Of a stretch of DNA of 64,000 nucleotides, positions 1 to 12,120 are shown piece by piece. This DNA comes from Octopus sinensis (Eukaryota): NCBI RefSeq assembly GCF_006345805.1, contig NC_043015.1, positions 44,888,001-44,952,000 on the forward strand, in the 5' to 3' direction. A program made the translations under genes and the position numbers. The notes under the pieces are model-generated. The model made no database searches. It saw nothing but the letters and a program-made list of their open reading frames with translations, and was not told where the DNA came from. Each line of letters opens with the position of its first letter. Positions within the stretch are counted from its first letter, which is position 1.

Positions 1-186
1 GTGTTCACCATCTGCTCGTATTGGAGCTTCCAGTGTGAATGTGATGAGGTACAGCATGTCATTTCCAAATTCCTGACATTGTGAATTGTGTCATGGTGCT
101 GTTTTTTTCACAGACAGTGCCCAACTGACCCTACTATATTGTTCAGTTGACAAAATCAAAAATGAACAATGTGCTTGCATGAAATT

Positions 187-456
187 CATCATCATCATCA
201 TCATCATTTAACATCCGCTTTCCATGCTAGCATGGGTTGGACGGTTCGACCAGGGATCTGGGAAGCCAGAAGGTTGCACCAGGCTCCAGTCTGATCTGGC
301 AGTGTTTCTTCAGCTGGATGCCCTTCCTAATGCCAACCACTCCGTGAGTGTAGTGGGTGCTTTTTACGTGCCACCGGCACAGGTGCCAGGCGAGGCTTGC
401 AACGGCCACGATCGCTTTGGTGCTTTTTACGTGCCACCGGCACGGAAGCCAGTCAA
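187..456 (-). mobile_element. Retroposon 3' fragment with (ATG)n tail (RTE-type tail; LINE end or SINE)
   Basis: (CAT)n followed by TTTAACATCCGCTTTCCATGCTAGCATGGGTTGGACG; the same sequence recurs at 14947 and, diverged, at ~13490. Strand inferred from tail position. Confidence 0.6.
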
Positions 457-1159
457 TTAAAAATATAAAATGGCAATATTTTAACCATTGCACACTGTGT
501 GTGCATGTATATATATATATATATATATACATATTTATATATGTATGTATGTATGTATGAGACACAACGCACATACACACACAAATATTTATATATGAGA
601 GAGGAGGTTCTTGAGACGCAAGTAAAATTTTAAAAAGGGAACTATCTCTATAGGATATAATATGGACGATGACCCTGAAATAATAAATCCATGCCGATTT
701 GCTTTGATTTTCATAAAACAAATTGAAATGAAAAAAAAGATGAAATAAGATTTTTTAAATAATACACGTAAAGAAGACCGACAGGAGCGGCAGGAAATAA
801 GAAATATTATAAAAGTGTGTGGTTGACACAAATGAGAAGAATTTGTAACTATGCACATTCAATAGTCTGTGTGTGTGTGTGTGTATGTGTGTGCGCGTGC
901 ATGTGTATGCGCACGTGTGTTTGTGGGTATATGCGCATGTATTTGTATCTAAATGATTATACCTGCATGTAATGGTGTTTTTGTCGTTGTATGTATGAAT
1001 GTAGTTATGTATGTGTGTACACGTGTGCGTACACCATAGCTGCTTCTGTTACACACAGACGCATAAACACACACATACACAACTACAAATATAGACATAT
1101 ACATACATAGGCTATTACATAGATTACATAGGTGAAAACATTGCATTAGTATATATTGA

Positions 1160-1421
1160 GTGTAAGTGCGTGGCTGGTTTAGCGGTTAGGGTATTTGGAC
1201 TCATGATCGTAAGATTGTGATTTCGATTCCTAAGCCGGGTAGTGTGTTATGTTCTTGAGCAAAACACTTCATTTCACGTTGCTCCAGTCCACTCAGCTGG
1301 TAAAAATGAGTAACGCTGCGATGGACTAGCATCCCATCCAGGTGGGGAATATACATGCCATGAAACCAGGAAACCAGCCTTTATGAGTCAGCATGACTCG
1401 CAAAGGTAACTTTACCTTTAC
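1160..1421 (+). mobile_element. tRNA-derived SINE (family D) with central domain shared with family E
   Basis: A-box-like TGGCTGGTTTAGCGG, B-box-like TTTCGATTCC; central TTCTTGAGCAAAACACTTCATTTCACGTTGCTCCAGTCCACTCAGCTG also present at ~14320-14370 (-); short-repeat tail (CTTTAC)2. Confidence 0.7.
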
Positions 1422-1559
1422 ATCTTAGCATATATTATTAAAAAAAACTAAATTTCAGCATTGAAATCCTCTGAGCTGGTCATCTTTTGCCGAATAAATG
1501 CACATACTGTTTATTTCATCTTCACCTTGGCTTTATTATTATTATTATTTTTATTTTTA

Positions 1560-1745
1560 GAAGGCAGTGAACTGGCAGAATTGTTAACATGCCAGGCAAA
1601 CAGCTTAGCAGCATTTTGTCCATTTTTACGTTCTGAGTTCAAATTCTGCCGAGGTTGACTTTGCCTTTCATTCTTTCGGGATCAATAAATCAAGTATCAG
1701 TGAATCACTGGGGTCGATGTAATCTACTGGTCCCCTCCAGTTCAC
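1560..1745 (+). mobile_element. tRNA-derived SINE family A, diverged copy
   Basis: TGGCAGAA...GTTCTGAGTTCAAATTC head and GACTTTGCCTTTCATTCTTTCGGG core, as in many other copies in the window. Confidence 0.75.
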
Positions 1746-1754
1746 CTCATCCCT

Positions 1755-2103
1755 ACATTATTATTTTTTTTTTTTCTTCTTTCTTCAAATTTTCTTCCAT
1801 TTCTCGACGAGTATTTTCCGTACACCTAGGGCAGAGAAGCTCAATGTATGCATTCCCAGATTACACACGCAAATTCACAGGTAAAATGTGTATTTTAAAA
1901 AATTAATAAATAAATAAATTCATGAATGGATGTTGTTTTCACAGTGATAATGCTCTTCTCAGTACATGAGTCGTTCCAGTTAACACAATTTTTTGCACTT
2001 CCTGTAGGGATGGTAAGCCTGGTATCATTTTCAAATAGGTTTCAGTACCTTTTTTTTATCATTCCTGGAGATCCTACAATCACTGGTGTTGTTGTTGTTA
2101 TTA

Positions 2104-2134
<31 letters not shown>

Positions 2135-2280
2135 GTTTTTTTCCTTCTTTCTTCAAATTTTCTTCCGTTTCTCGCCGAGTGTTTTCCATACACCTAGGGC
2201 AGAGAAGCTCATTGTATGCATTCCCAGATTACACATGCAAATTCACAGATAAAATATGTGTTTAAAAATTAATAAATATT
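1755..2280 (-). mobile_element. Two short LINE 3' ends (Dong/R4-like) with (AAT)n tails
   Basis: A ~150-bp segment (…CACCTAGGGCAGAGAAGCTC…CCCAGATTACAC…) occurs twice (~1770-1915 and ~2135-2280), each preceded by (TTA)n. Family assignment is from recall. Confidence 0.45.
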
Positions 2281-2332
2281 ATTATTATTATTATTATTAT
2301 TATTATCATCATCATTATTATTATTATTATTA

Positions 2333-2411
<79 letters not shown>

Positions 2412-2525
2412 TATGATTATTATTATCATTATTATTATTATTATTATTATCATTATTATCATTATTATGATTATTATTATTATTATCATTATTATTATTA
2501 TCATTATTATTATTATTATTATTTC
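2277..2525. repeat. (TAT/CAT)n trinucleotide array
   Basis: Directly visible; explains the poly-Tyr and poly-Ile ORFs. Confidence 0.98.
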
Positions 2526-2667
2526 TATTATTGGTTCTGCAGCATCTATATTTTCACCAATAGAATCAGTTTAAGATTTATAACTTTTGTATAAAATAGC
2601 CAATGAAAACAAATTCTATTCCATTCGCTCTTTCCTCACATTCTTTTATTTTATTTTATTTTTCCAG

Positions 2668-3301
2668 GTTAGATATATTAATCAATAATGCTGGAATTGG
2701 CGTGAAGGTGAAAGAATGTACAAAACAGAATTTTGATCTATACTTTGGTGTGAACTACCTCGGACATTTCTTATTAACTTACTTATTGCTCGACCTCCTG
2801 AAAAAGTCTGCCCCAAGCCGAATCATAAATGTCAGTTCTCACGCTCATATATTTGTTAAAAGACTTCCAAGTTTAGAAAGAGGAGATCTCAGTGGGAAAG
2901 TAAAATATCCTCAATTGTCTGGATATGCAACAAGCAAATTAGCTAATATCCTACATGCGCAGATTTTGGCTAAAAAGCTCAAAGGTACTGGAGTTACTGC
3001 TAATTCTTTACACCCAGGAATGGTGAAGACTGAAATACTGAAAAATAATCCCATAAATAGTAAAGAATTACTTCGAATTGAAATCTACCGACTTCTCTTC
3101 AAATACATGGGTAGATCTGCCAAGGATGGTGCCAAAGTCGTCATACATATGGCAGTAGACAAAAGTCTTGAAAATGTCTCTGGCCAGTACTTTGAAAACT
3201 TGTCTATATCTTCTGGTAATTTAAGCAGACTAGCTAAAGATTTAAATTTTGCTAAGAATCTGTGGGATATTAGTTTAGAATTGTGTAATGCAGAATTATA
3301 A
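2668..3301 (+). CDS. Terminal coding exon of a retinol dehydrogenase-like SDR (RDH11/12/13/14 type); upstream exon(s) not found in the window
   Basis: Polypyrimidine tract and TTTCCAG acceptor end at 2667 (phase 2). The ORF then reads LDILINNAG, NYLGHFLLT, RIINVSS, catalytic YATSK (YxxxK), ANSLHPG and GQYF, with stop TAA at 3299-3301. The track's N-terminal MKTNS... is intron. Confidence 0.92.
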
Positions 3302-5133
3302 CTGAACTAAATAAGATTATGGATTTTTTCAATTACACCAAAAAAAATTTTTTAATGGGTGAAGAAAGAAAGGTTTGCCCAGTTTTTCTGTTACACATCT
3401 TTACAAGTGTTTGTCATGATGTTCTTGTAATCACTAGAAGAAGAAAAAAGTGTTTTCAAAGAACACTAGAACTCATTTCTACCTCTTTGCTGTTTTGAAA
3501 CTATTAAAGATAAAATTTAAGGGATATATGTTATTACAAATTAAATTTCCTTAAAATTGAATTGTCACCCTTCAGAAAAAGATGAGTAAAAACGAGAAAA
3601 AACAAGATTGTATTAGCTCTTCAATCCATTCCTAAACTGCCATTTTAGTCCGATTGTGAAAAATACCAAATATTTTAAAACAATTTCAGGTAATATTTGT
3701 GTTGTGGATTAAGATTTTTTAAAGTTTTTTTTTTTTTTTTTTAAATAATTTTTCAGGCAGCATATTATTTATATATTTTAATACAAGGTTTAACGATAAT
3801 TCACTCTGGAAAAAAATTTGTTTTTCTAATCTTGTTAGATGCAATCAACATTAAAACTGTAAATTTGTATTTGGAAAAAAAAAATCGAATTGTCATTATG
3901 AATTAAAGGTATTCAGCAGATTTTTTTTTTTTTTTGAATGAACTGAATTGATTGTACAAATACATATATATATATGTGTATATGTATGTGAGTGTGTGTG
4001 AATCTATTTACATGTTAGTGATCGGTAATCATTGAGAATTGCTAATAGAAGTGTTTGTGTGAGTGTGTTGGTTGTGTAAATATACATGGCTATTTTCAAT
4101 TCCAACATAAAATGGTTCTAAACCAGAGGTGCTCACAATGTCTTGGGGTTCATGAGTAGTCAATATGAAAAAAATGTTTGATTATGCAGTAAATTAAATG
4201 CTCATTAAGAGACGATTTGTACAGTTATATTTATGTACGTATGTATGTACTTGTATGTATGAATGTAAATATATATGTATGTATGTATGTATGTATTGTA
4301 AGGCTCTTTTTTACCTCGATCTTGCCTTGAATAAAAATGCGTTCAATGGCTTTTTTTCTCATGATTTATGTTGGTTAAATTCAATGTGGTTGTCGTAAAA
4401 ATATTTTTCAACCCTCCAATGAAAGTTGCTTTTACAAAACAATTTTAATAAACTTAATTTTAATTTTTATTAATTTTTTAATGGGTTTTAAAGATATTTT
4501 AAACTTCAGAATTGCTTTTTAAAAACTCTGCAAATCAGGAATCTTTTTTTTTTTTTTTCATTTACATTCAACAATCAGGGTTCATTTTACATTCATCCAA
4601 TCAAGATTCGTTTTATATTCAACCAATTAAGGTTGTTATGCCCAACCAATCAAGATCAATTATGCATTCTTATAAGTATTTTTTATCATATTAGATTGGA
4701 AAGAAAATAATATCATTTGTAAACCTCTCGAATGCATTGTATAAAGAGATGATATTTGTTTGAAAGTATCCAACACAACGAATTTTTGTGTACAAAGTAT
4801 TTTTAATGTTTGACTGTTGTAGAATGCTTCTAACAATCATTATTGGTAAATTGCTTTTTTAAATTTGACGAAATATATAATCACAATAATATATTGGTCA
4901 AAATCTTTTTTTTTTCTGTTTTTTTCCTTTAAATTTTTTGTCTTGTTTTGTTTTATATTGTATATTTATCGTCATCACAGAATTCCTCATAACTACAAAA
5001 AATAACCTCTCATTGGTGGATACCTGGGTGTGGTGCACTTCACCCTTGTCTTATCATGTTTCTGTAGAAATGCACTGCTTTTGTTTCAGTTAATTTTCAA
5101 AATAACGATGAATTTAGTAAAATCATTGTTTAA

Positions 5134-5742
5134 CCCTTTTGTTACCAACCCGGCTGAAACCGGCTGCAGCTCTGTAGTACAAATGTCTTGTTTTCATAAG
5201 TTTTGAATTAAAATCTTCCATCAAATTAGTCCCAATTTATGTTCCCAACACTAGCTTAATGATAACGAAGTTATTTTACTAAATTCTTTGTTATATCTAT
5301 ATATATAAAACTGTAGTTGTGTGAGTGTCTGTCTCCTACGATTTAGATTCCTAACTCCTCCCACATTTTGCAGTGCAGTTTAACCAAATTTGGGTATCTT
5401 ATAGTCGTGATTCATATCGAGCCCGGCTGGCTATTAGCGTGCGTCTACGATGAGTCTACGATTTTAAAAATAATTTAACATTTTTTATTCCATTTTAATG
5501 CATAATTTTTCATGTGTCGATGGCGGCGGAGTTGGCGTCCATGGTCACACCTGCACCTGTGTTTGCTTCTCCCCCTTCTTCCCTCCCTCGTGAAGCTGTG
5601 GGGAAGGCAGTGTAAGGAAATCAAAGTCGTAATGCGTTGTCAAGGAGACCAGCGTTCTTTTAGAACAACGACTAGCGATACTGCTAGTTTTAAATAATTG
5701 AGAGAAACACAGCATCTCAAAATAAATACGGTAATGAAAGGG
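5134..5742. mobile_element. piggyBac-like MITE (CCCTTT...AAAGGG ends, TTAA TSD) containing a nested Helitron
   Basis: TTAA at 5130-5133 and 5743-5746; a second copy lies in reverse orientation at 35680-36364. Confidence 0.75.
5296..5687 (+). mobile_element. Non-autonomous Helitron
   Basis: Starts TCTATATATATAAAA, ends CTAG, sits between A5295 and T5688 with no TSD. The empty site (GTTATA|TTTAAA) is visible in the other MITE copy at ~35730-35750 (-). Confidence 0.8.
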
Positions 5743-6511
5743 TTAAGCTAATGTTTGTAGCATAAATTAACATGAAATTAATTATTAGCGATAGAAGCAG
5801 TATTAAAACCAGGAAGTAATCTTTCTTCTTGTCTTGTAACAGCATTCATCTGGGAGGGGTTAAGCCAGCCCCTATTGAATTCACAACGAAACACCAATGA
5901 ACTCTAAGGTAATCTTTATATCCAACGAAAAATGGATACCTTGTTAAGACCATGAACACTGTGTTATTAGCTTTGAGAGGTTACGAGAGGACCTTTCAAG
6001 GCTTAATAACACCGTATTCAGTGTTCTAACGGGGCGTTCATGTTTCATTAGATATAGAGATCACTTATTAACATGAAAGTTTAATTGAAGGATATTAATT
6101 TAGATCACATTAAAGAAAGCAAAATTGTATCCCAAAAACCAAGTATGATCTCAAGTGGATTGGCATCGAAAAGGCTTAATATTGAATGAAATATTGTTCA
6201 TGTCATTCAGTCTTCAAGATTAAAATAAAATTACAAAAGGTTGTGAGAGCTAAGGTCTGAGACTGAAATGTCCTTGCCTCCTCTTGAGTCAAAAGTGAAA
6301 CTGAACTAACTAGGCACTGCAATCTAATGAAACGCTTGTCAATTACACAATGCTCCTTGCAGCAGTGAACTGTATCTACAATCTATGTTACCATATTTAC
6401 TCATTGTATGTCACACCCCTAATTTAGTGTTAAATCTTAGTACGAGATTTTTTCCTCCTCGTATTCAAACTTTGCCTTGTGTATAAGTTGCACCCCAGTT
6501 TGTTCAGTTAA

Positions 6512-7143
6512 CCCCTTAGCATTTAAACCAGCCATATCCAGCCAAAATATTCTTCCTGTTTTATGTTCAAACTGGCCAGATCTGGCCTCTCACACCAACC
6601 CTACAATATCACTCCGAAAATTAACAGTTACCTCATCAAAATCTCGAAGCTACAAAATAATGCATGATTCAGTCAAAACAATGTGAATAAATAAGTATTA
6701 CTTTTGACAGAATAATGTGAATGTGGCGAGCTGGCAGAAACGTTAGCATGCCGGGTGAAATGCTTAGCAGTATTTGGTCTACCGCTACGTTCTGAGTTCA
6801 AATTCCGCCGAGGTCAACTTTGCCTTTCATCCTTTCGGGATTGATTAAATAAGTACCAGTTACGCACTGGGTTCGATATAATCGACTTAATCCATTTGTC
6901 TGTCCTTGTTTGTCCTCTCTGTGTTTAGCCCCTTGTGGGTAGTAAAGAAATAGGAATTTCGTCTGCCGTTATGTTCTCAGTTCAAATTACCAAGGTCGAC
7001 TTTGCCTTTCATCCCTTTCGGGGTCGATAAATTAAGTACTAGTTATGCACTGGGGTCGATGTAATTGATTTAATCCCTTTATTTGTCCTTGTTTATCCCC
7101 TCTATGTTTTCTGGGCAATAAGAATAATGTGAATGCTAAAGGG
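6512..7143. mobile_element. Second piggyBac-like MITE family, interrupted by a SINE dimer
   Basis: TTAA|CCCCTTAGCATT ... AATGCTAAAGGG|TTGA; related sequence in reverse at ~61800-61950. Confidence 0.65.
6724..7121 (+). mobile_element. Dimeric SINE family A with 14-bp TSD
   Basis: One head plus two tandem body units; GAATAATGTGAATG duplicated at 6710-6723 and 7122-7135. Confidence 0.9.
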
Positions 7144-7215
7144 TTGAAATCAAGTGATAGCATGACTTGTACATAAGTAAATACAGTATCTTTCATAGCT
7201 GAGTGTTTTTTGTTA

Positions 7216-7709
7216 TTGGGTTGTTCGGAAAGTTTGTACTGATTTTTAAAGGAAAGGAAAAGGTCAATAAATACTTGCCATTACATTTTTAATCAACCAA
7301 ATATGAACCATTTTGTTGCACAATGCATCTCCATCTTTCCTTTAACTAGAAAAAATACCCTCTTCCCAGAATTGAGGTGGTTTCATGGCAAAGAATTCAT
7401 CAAGGTATCTTTTTACGTCACCCAAGGAATTGAAATTTTTACCATTAAGACTATTCTGCAGAGACCTGAATAAGTGGAAATCCGAAGGAGCAATATCTGG
7501 TGAATATGGAGGGTGGGGTAACACATCCCAGCCGAGCTGCAGCAATTTTTGTCTGATTCCCAAAGCATCAAGTGCCGAAAAGGAACATTCTTATCTTCCA
7601 TTTTAAAGGATTACAGAATTAACACAGGTTATAGGAACATAAACCTTCTTCCACGAAAAGATAGCTTAAACTGTACTCTAAATGGAGGTGTAGTCAAATC
7701 CTATTTTAT
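7216..7709 (-). mobile_element. Internally deleted mariner (5' TIR lost)
   Basis: TA|TTGGGTTGTTCGGAAAG TIR; transposase N-terminus MEDKNVPFRHLMLWE joined to C-terminal QKLLQLGWDVLPHPPYSPDIAPSDFHLF (mariner YSPDLAP motif). Confidence 0.9.
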
Positions 7710-7710
7710 A

Positions 7711-8215
7711 AATGGCCCAGTGGTTAGAGCAGCGGACTCGCAGTTGTAGGATCGTGGTTTCAATTCCCAGACCAGGCATTTTGGGTGTTTATTGAGTGAA
7801 AACACCTAAAGCTCCACGAGGCTCCTGCAGCAGGTGGTGGTGAACCCTGCTGTACTCTTTCACCACAATTTTCTCTCACTCTTTCTTCCTGTTTCTGTTG
7901 TATCTGTATTTCAAAGGGCCAGCCTTGTCACACTCTGTGTCACACTGAATCTCCCCGAGAACTACGTTAAGGATACACGTGTCTGTGGAGTGCTCTGCCA
8001 CTTGTACGTTAATAAATGAGCTGCAACGTCGCTGGTGCCAAACTATATCAGCTTTTGCCTTTCCCTTGGATAACATCAATGGTGTGGAGAGGGGAAGCTG
8101 GTATGCATGAGCGACTGCTGGTCTTCCATAAAAAACAACCTTGCCCAGACTCGTGCCTCAGAGGGTAACTTTCTTGGTGCAATCCCATGCTCATTTATGA
8201 CCGAAGAGGGTCACA
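7711..8215 (+). mobile_element. Chimeric SINE: family C head/body joined to family E 3' part
   Basis: 7711-~8020 matches 39115-39492 (-); ~8020-8200 matches ~14140-14310 (-). Confidence 0.7.
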
Positions 8216-8219
8216 ACAA

Positions 8220-8630
8220 ATTGCTGGCAGAATCACTAGCATGTTGGGCGAAATGTTTAGCGGTATTTTGTCTGCCATTATGTTCCGAGTTCAAATTCCG
8301 CCGAGGTCGACTTTGCCTTTCATCCTTTCAGGGTCGATTAAATAAGTACTAGTTATGCACTGGGGTCAATATAATTGACTTAATCCGTTTGTCTGTCCTT
8401 GTTTGTCCTCTCTGTGTTTAGCCCCTTGTGGGTAGTAAAAAAATAGGTATTTTGTCCGCAGTTATGTTCTGAGTTCAAATTCTGCTGAGGTTGACTTTGC
8501 CTTTCATCCTTTCGGGGTTGATTAAATAAGCACCAGTTACACGCTGGGGTCGATGTAATCGACTTAATCCTTTTATCTGTCCTTATTTGTCCCCTCTACG
8601 TTTAGCCCCCTGTGGGCAATAAAGAAAGAA
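8220..8630 (+). mobile_element. Dimeric SINE family A
   Basis: Same head plus two-unit layout as 6724-7121. Confidence 0.85.
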
Positions 8631-9033
8631 ATATTACTTTTCATTTCAAGAGGGAACTAGCGCAGTGCTCCACACCCTTTTTTTTTTTTCCTTGTGGTAC
8701 ACTTACATTCTTTTCAAAATTCGGTGGCCCACCTGAACTAAAAATATAACTAAAAATACAGGGAAAAAACATTATATTCTGGTTACACTGTGGCACATCT
8801 AGCATCCTCTCGTGGGACACCAGTGTGCTGTTGCATACCCGTTGCTGAGCACTGAACTAGTGAATTACATTTCCATTAATAAATAATAATTAAAAAAACA
8901 CACAAAGAAAACAATGCTTATTTCTTTCTTCCCCATCTAATATTTTTCATCTGAGAGTTCCTCTATCTACTCTCTGATTTAGTCAAACAAATTTTTTGAA
9001 AATTTTATTTTGATTTTTTTTTCTCCCATTTTA

Positions 9034-9441
9034 GGATCTTTTCGGTTTGAACGGCAGTTTTTTCTAGCAGTGTCATATGAAATTGTCACCCATAATTATG
9101 ACCTAGTATTGATCTATTGCATTTTAATGTTTTAGGGTTAGGGGTGGGGAGAAGGATATCTTTTTTTCTTCTGAAATGTAAATAAACCTAATCTGTTTCT
9201 AAAACGAGGGACATAGTCATACAGCACAGAATGTTTTCACCTCAATAGACGTCACTGATTGGTTGAAATTGCAGAAATTGAAGAAAAACAACAACAAATA
9301 TCTTACAAACTACAGAATTTTCTCAATAAAGCCAAGAGAAAAAGATGTTTTATAAACACATTCTACCAGTATACGAAGTTTAAAATTTTTTAGTTATGTG
9401 GAAATTATTTAAAAAAACTGCCGTTCAAACCGAAAAGATAC
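9034..9441. mobile_element. Merlin-like MITE (GGATCTTTTCGGTTTGAACGGCAG TIR, 8-bp TSD)
   Basis: TSD CCATTTTA at 9026-9033 and 9442-9449; internal TTAGGG repeats. Confidence 0.85.
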
Positions 9442-9959
9442 CCATTTTATTTTTTTTTTTTTTTTGGCGAAGCATTTTAGCTGTGAAAAAGAAATCTGTC
9501 GGTCTTGTATTTTTATATCTCAATTATTGTTGTTGTTGTTATTATTTTTCTTCCATTTAAAAAAATTTTTTTTTTTCTCAAAGATATTTGTTTTAAAACT
9601 TATGTGTACATGTTGTCATGCTAACATTTAACATTTTACAGACAAAAATTTGTAATGAAATTTTCCCTTTTTTTATTTTTAAAATCAATGACAATAAGAA
9701 TATAAATTAAACAATTTTAAATATAACTACATTTGTGTTCCGTTGTCAATGTTTAAAGGATCAGCTTGTCTCATACAAACTGTTTTGTACGTTGTTGTTG
9801 TTGGGGGTTTTTTGGCGGGGTTTTTTTTTTTTTAATATTAACTTAGAGGAAGGTCAGTGGCCATGGCATAAAGAGAGGAAATTATTCTCAGACAATAAAA
9901 AAAAAAAAAACTAGCTCCAATACTTGTAACAAGGCAGGTGCTACTAAAGGCACCTGGAG

Positions 9960-10510
9960 GATAGTTGTGGCGGCAGCGGTAGTGATGGCGGTGACAGTGG
10001 AGGGGATGATAGAGGTGGTGGTGGTGATGGTGGAGGGGCTGATGGCTGTGGCAGCAGTGGTGATGGTGGTGGTGGCAGTGGCAGTGGTGGTGGTGGTGAT
10101 GATGGTGGAGGGGATGAGAATGGTTGTGGCGGTGGTGATGATGGGTGGAGGGGATGATGGTGGTGGTGATGGTGGTGGTGGTGGTGGAGGGGATGGTGGT
10201 GGTGGTGGTGGTGGTGGCAGCATGGGAGGTGGTAGCAGTGGTGATGGTGGTGGTGGTAGTGGCAGTAGTGGTGGTGATGTTGGGTGGAGGGGATGAGTGT
10301 GGTGGTGGTGGTGGTGGTGATGGTGGCACTGATAGTCGTGGTGGTGGTAGTAATGGTGGAGGCGCTGATGGCAGCATGGGTGGTGGTAGCAGTGGAGGCA
10401 GTGGTGATGGTGGTGGCAGCGGCACTAGTGGTGATGGTGGTGATGGCAGTGATAGCGGTGGCAGCAGCGGCGGCGGTGGTGGTGGTGGTGGTTGTGACAG
10501 CGATGGCAGC
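9960..10510. repeat. Compound (GGT/GAT/GGC)n trinucleotide array
   Basis: Directly visible; source of the poly-Gly, poly-Val and poly-Pro ORFs. Confidence 0.95.
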
Positions 10511-11059
10511 AGTATTTGTTCAAGCCAGGTGACAGATTAAATCTACCATCCAAATTGAATACTGTCAGCAAATAAGACACATAGACACCTAAATACAAAG
10601 AGAGAGAGAGAGAGAGAGAGAGAATCTAATCAAGTTGTTTTTATAATTATTTTATTTTATTTTATTTCATTTCATTATTTTTCTCTTTTTCTACATAACA
10701 ATTCATTCTCCTTTCTGTCACTCTTTCTCTCTTTTGTTCTCTCCCCCCCCCCCCATCTTCTCTTTTTCTTAAATTTGATTTATCAGCATTAAAACCTAAA
10801 TAAAAAAAAAATCACTGTTAATACATTTATCCTTTCAGCTGTATATATTTGTTTGCTGACACAGGCTTCACTTCCCACAGTTAAAATACACGATAATGTT
10901 CTTCTGAAGTGAAATTCCACCAAGGTTAACCTTACCTTTTCCATCCTTTCGGAGTTGATAAATTAAGTACCAGCTGAGCACTGTGATCAATGTAATCTAC
11001 TTATCCACCTCCACCCTCCAAAACTTGCTGGCCTTGTGCCAAAATTTGAAACTATTTTT

Positions 11060-11795
11060 ATTATTACTTCCGACTTAGCAAAGGTGAAGATATTGTTTTC
11101 AGTTGTACTTGTTTCTTTGTTTATCTGTGGACAAGATATCTCAAGAACCACTGGATGGATTCGGATGAAACTTTCAGAGATGTTTGTCCTCATGACTGGC
11201 ACAAACTGATTAGATTTCGGTTTGAACGGCAGTTTTTTTTTTCTAGCAGTGTCATATGAAATTGTCACCCATAATTATGACCCTAGTATCGATCTATTGC
11301 ATTTCAATCTGTTTTACGGTGGGGGGAAGGGTATCTTTTTTTCTTTACAAATGTAAATAAACCCAATCTGTTTCTTAAACGAGGGACATATTCATACGGC
11401 ACAGAATGTTTTTTACCTCAATAGACGTCATTGATTGGTTGAAATTGCAGAAACTGAAGAAAAAAAACAACAAATATCTTACAAACTATAGAATTTTCTT
11501 AATAAAACCAAGAGAAAAAGATGTTTTATAAACACATTCTACCAGTATACGAAGTTTAAAATTTTTTAGTTACCTAGAAATTATGTTAAAAACTGCCGTT
11601 CAAACCGAAAAGATTCCAATCCAGTGCCGGACAAGGAATCCGGATTATTTTTCCAGTTTTTTTTTTTATACTTAATTTCTGAGAGCAGTCAAATTCATTT
11701 CAGATATTCTCATTTTAAAAATCCTCTCTGGCTAATTGTTGAGAGGACATTGGTGTTGCCTTGGCTGAGGTTTACACTATCTGTGTGCTCTTGTT
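11060..11795 (+). mobile_element. Helentron/HINE-like non-autonomous element interrupted by a Merlin-like MITE
   Basis: 5' TATTACTTCCGAC..., internal GATATCTCAAGAACCACTGGATGGATTCGGATGAAACTTTCAG, 3' CCTTGGCTGAGG...; resembles DINE-1/HINE architecture from recall. Confidence 0.5.
11217..11616. mobile_element. Merlin-like MITE copy, left TIR clipped
   Basis: Body matches 9034-9441; no clear TSD. Confidence 0.85.
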
Positions 11796-11959
11796 ATTAT
11801 TTGATTCATGTTCTACACATTAACCAATCCCAAGACTACTGTCCCACATTCCCACATTGTACTATACTGGCCACTGTGCTTCCTTCTTATACTTATTGCT
11901 TGTTGTTCCCTCACCTGTCTTCATCTTTTGATTTCTGTAAATTTGAACTATATATATAT

Positions 11960-12120
11960 CTTGTGTTTATAGATCTTTTCTTCTCCTATGTTTTCGACGA
12001 AGAGCTCCGCTCATAACGTTAAACCTTCCTTCTTTCCTTAGCATCCAATAATTCTATATTTGTTCCACGTCCTCGTGTTGTGTTTATTTGTGCTTTCTTG
12101 TTTGGATTAACTTTATATAT
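11960..12120 (+). mobile_element. PLE terminal-repeat fragment with a degenerate hammerhead
   Basis: Homologous to 30400-30560; core mutated (TTCGACGA...ATAAC); abuts (TA)n. Confidence 0.55.

Noticed and set aside
9838-10540. Long ORFs in several frames (also at 2256-2594, 24480-25041, 30992-32186, 35256-35660, 37417-37966, 52508-53922)
   Set aside because: Translations of di-, tri- and tetranucleotide microsatellites; homopolymeric or dipeptide products with no domain.
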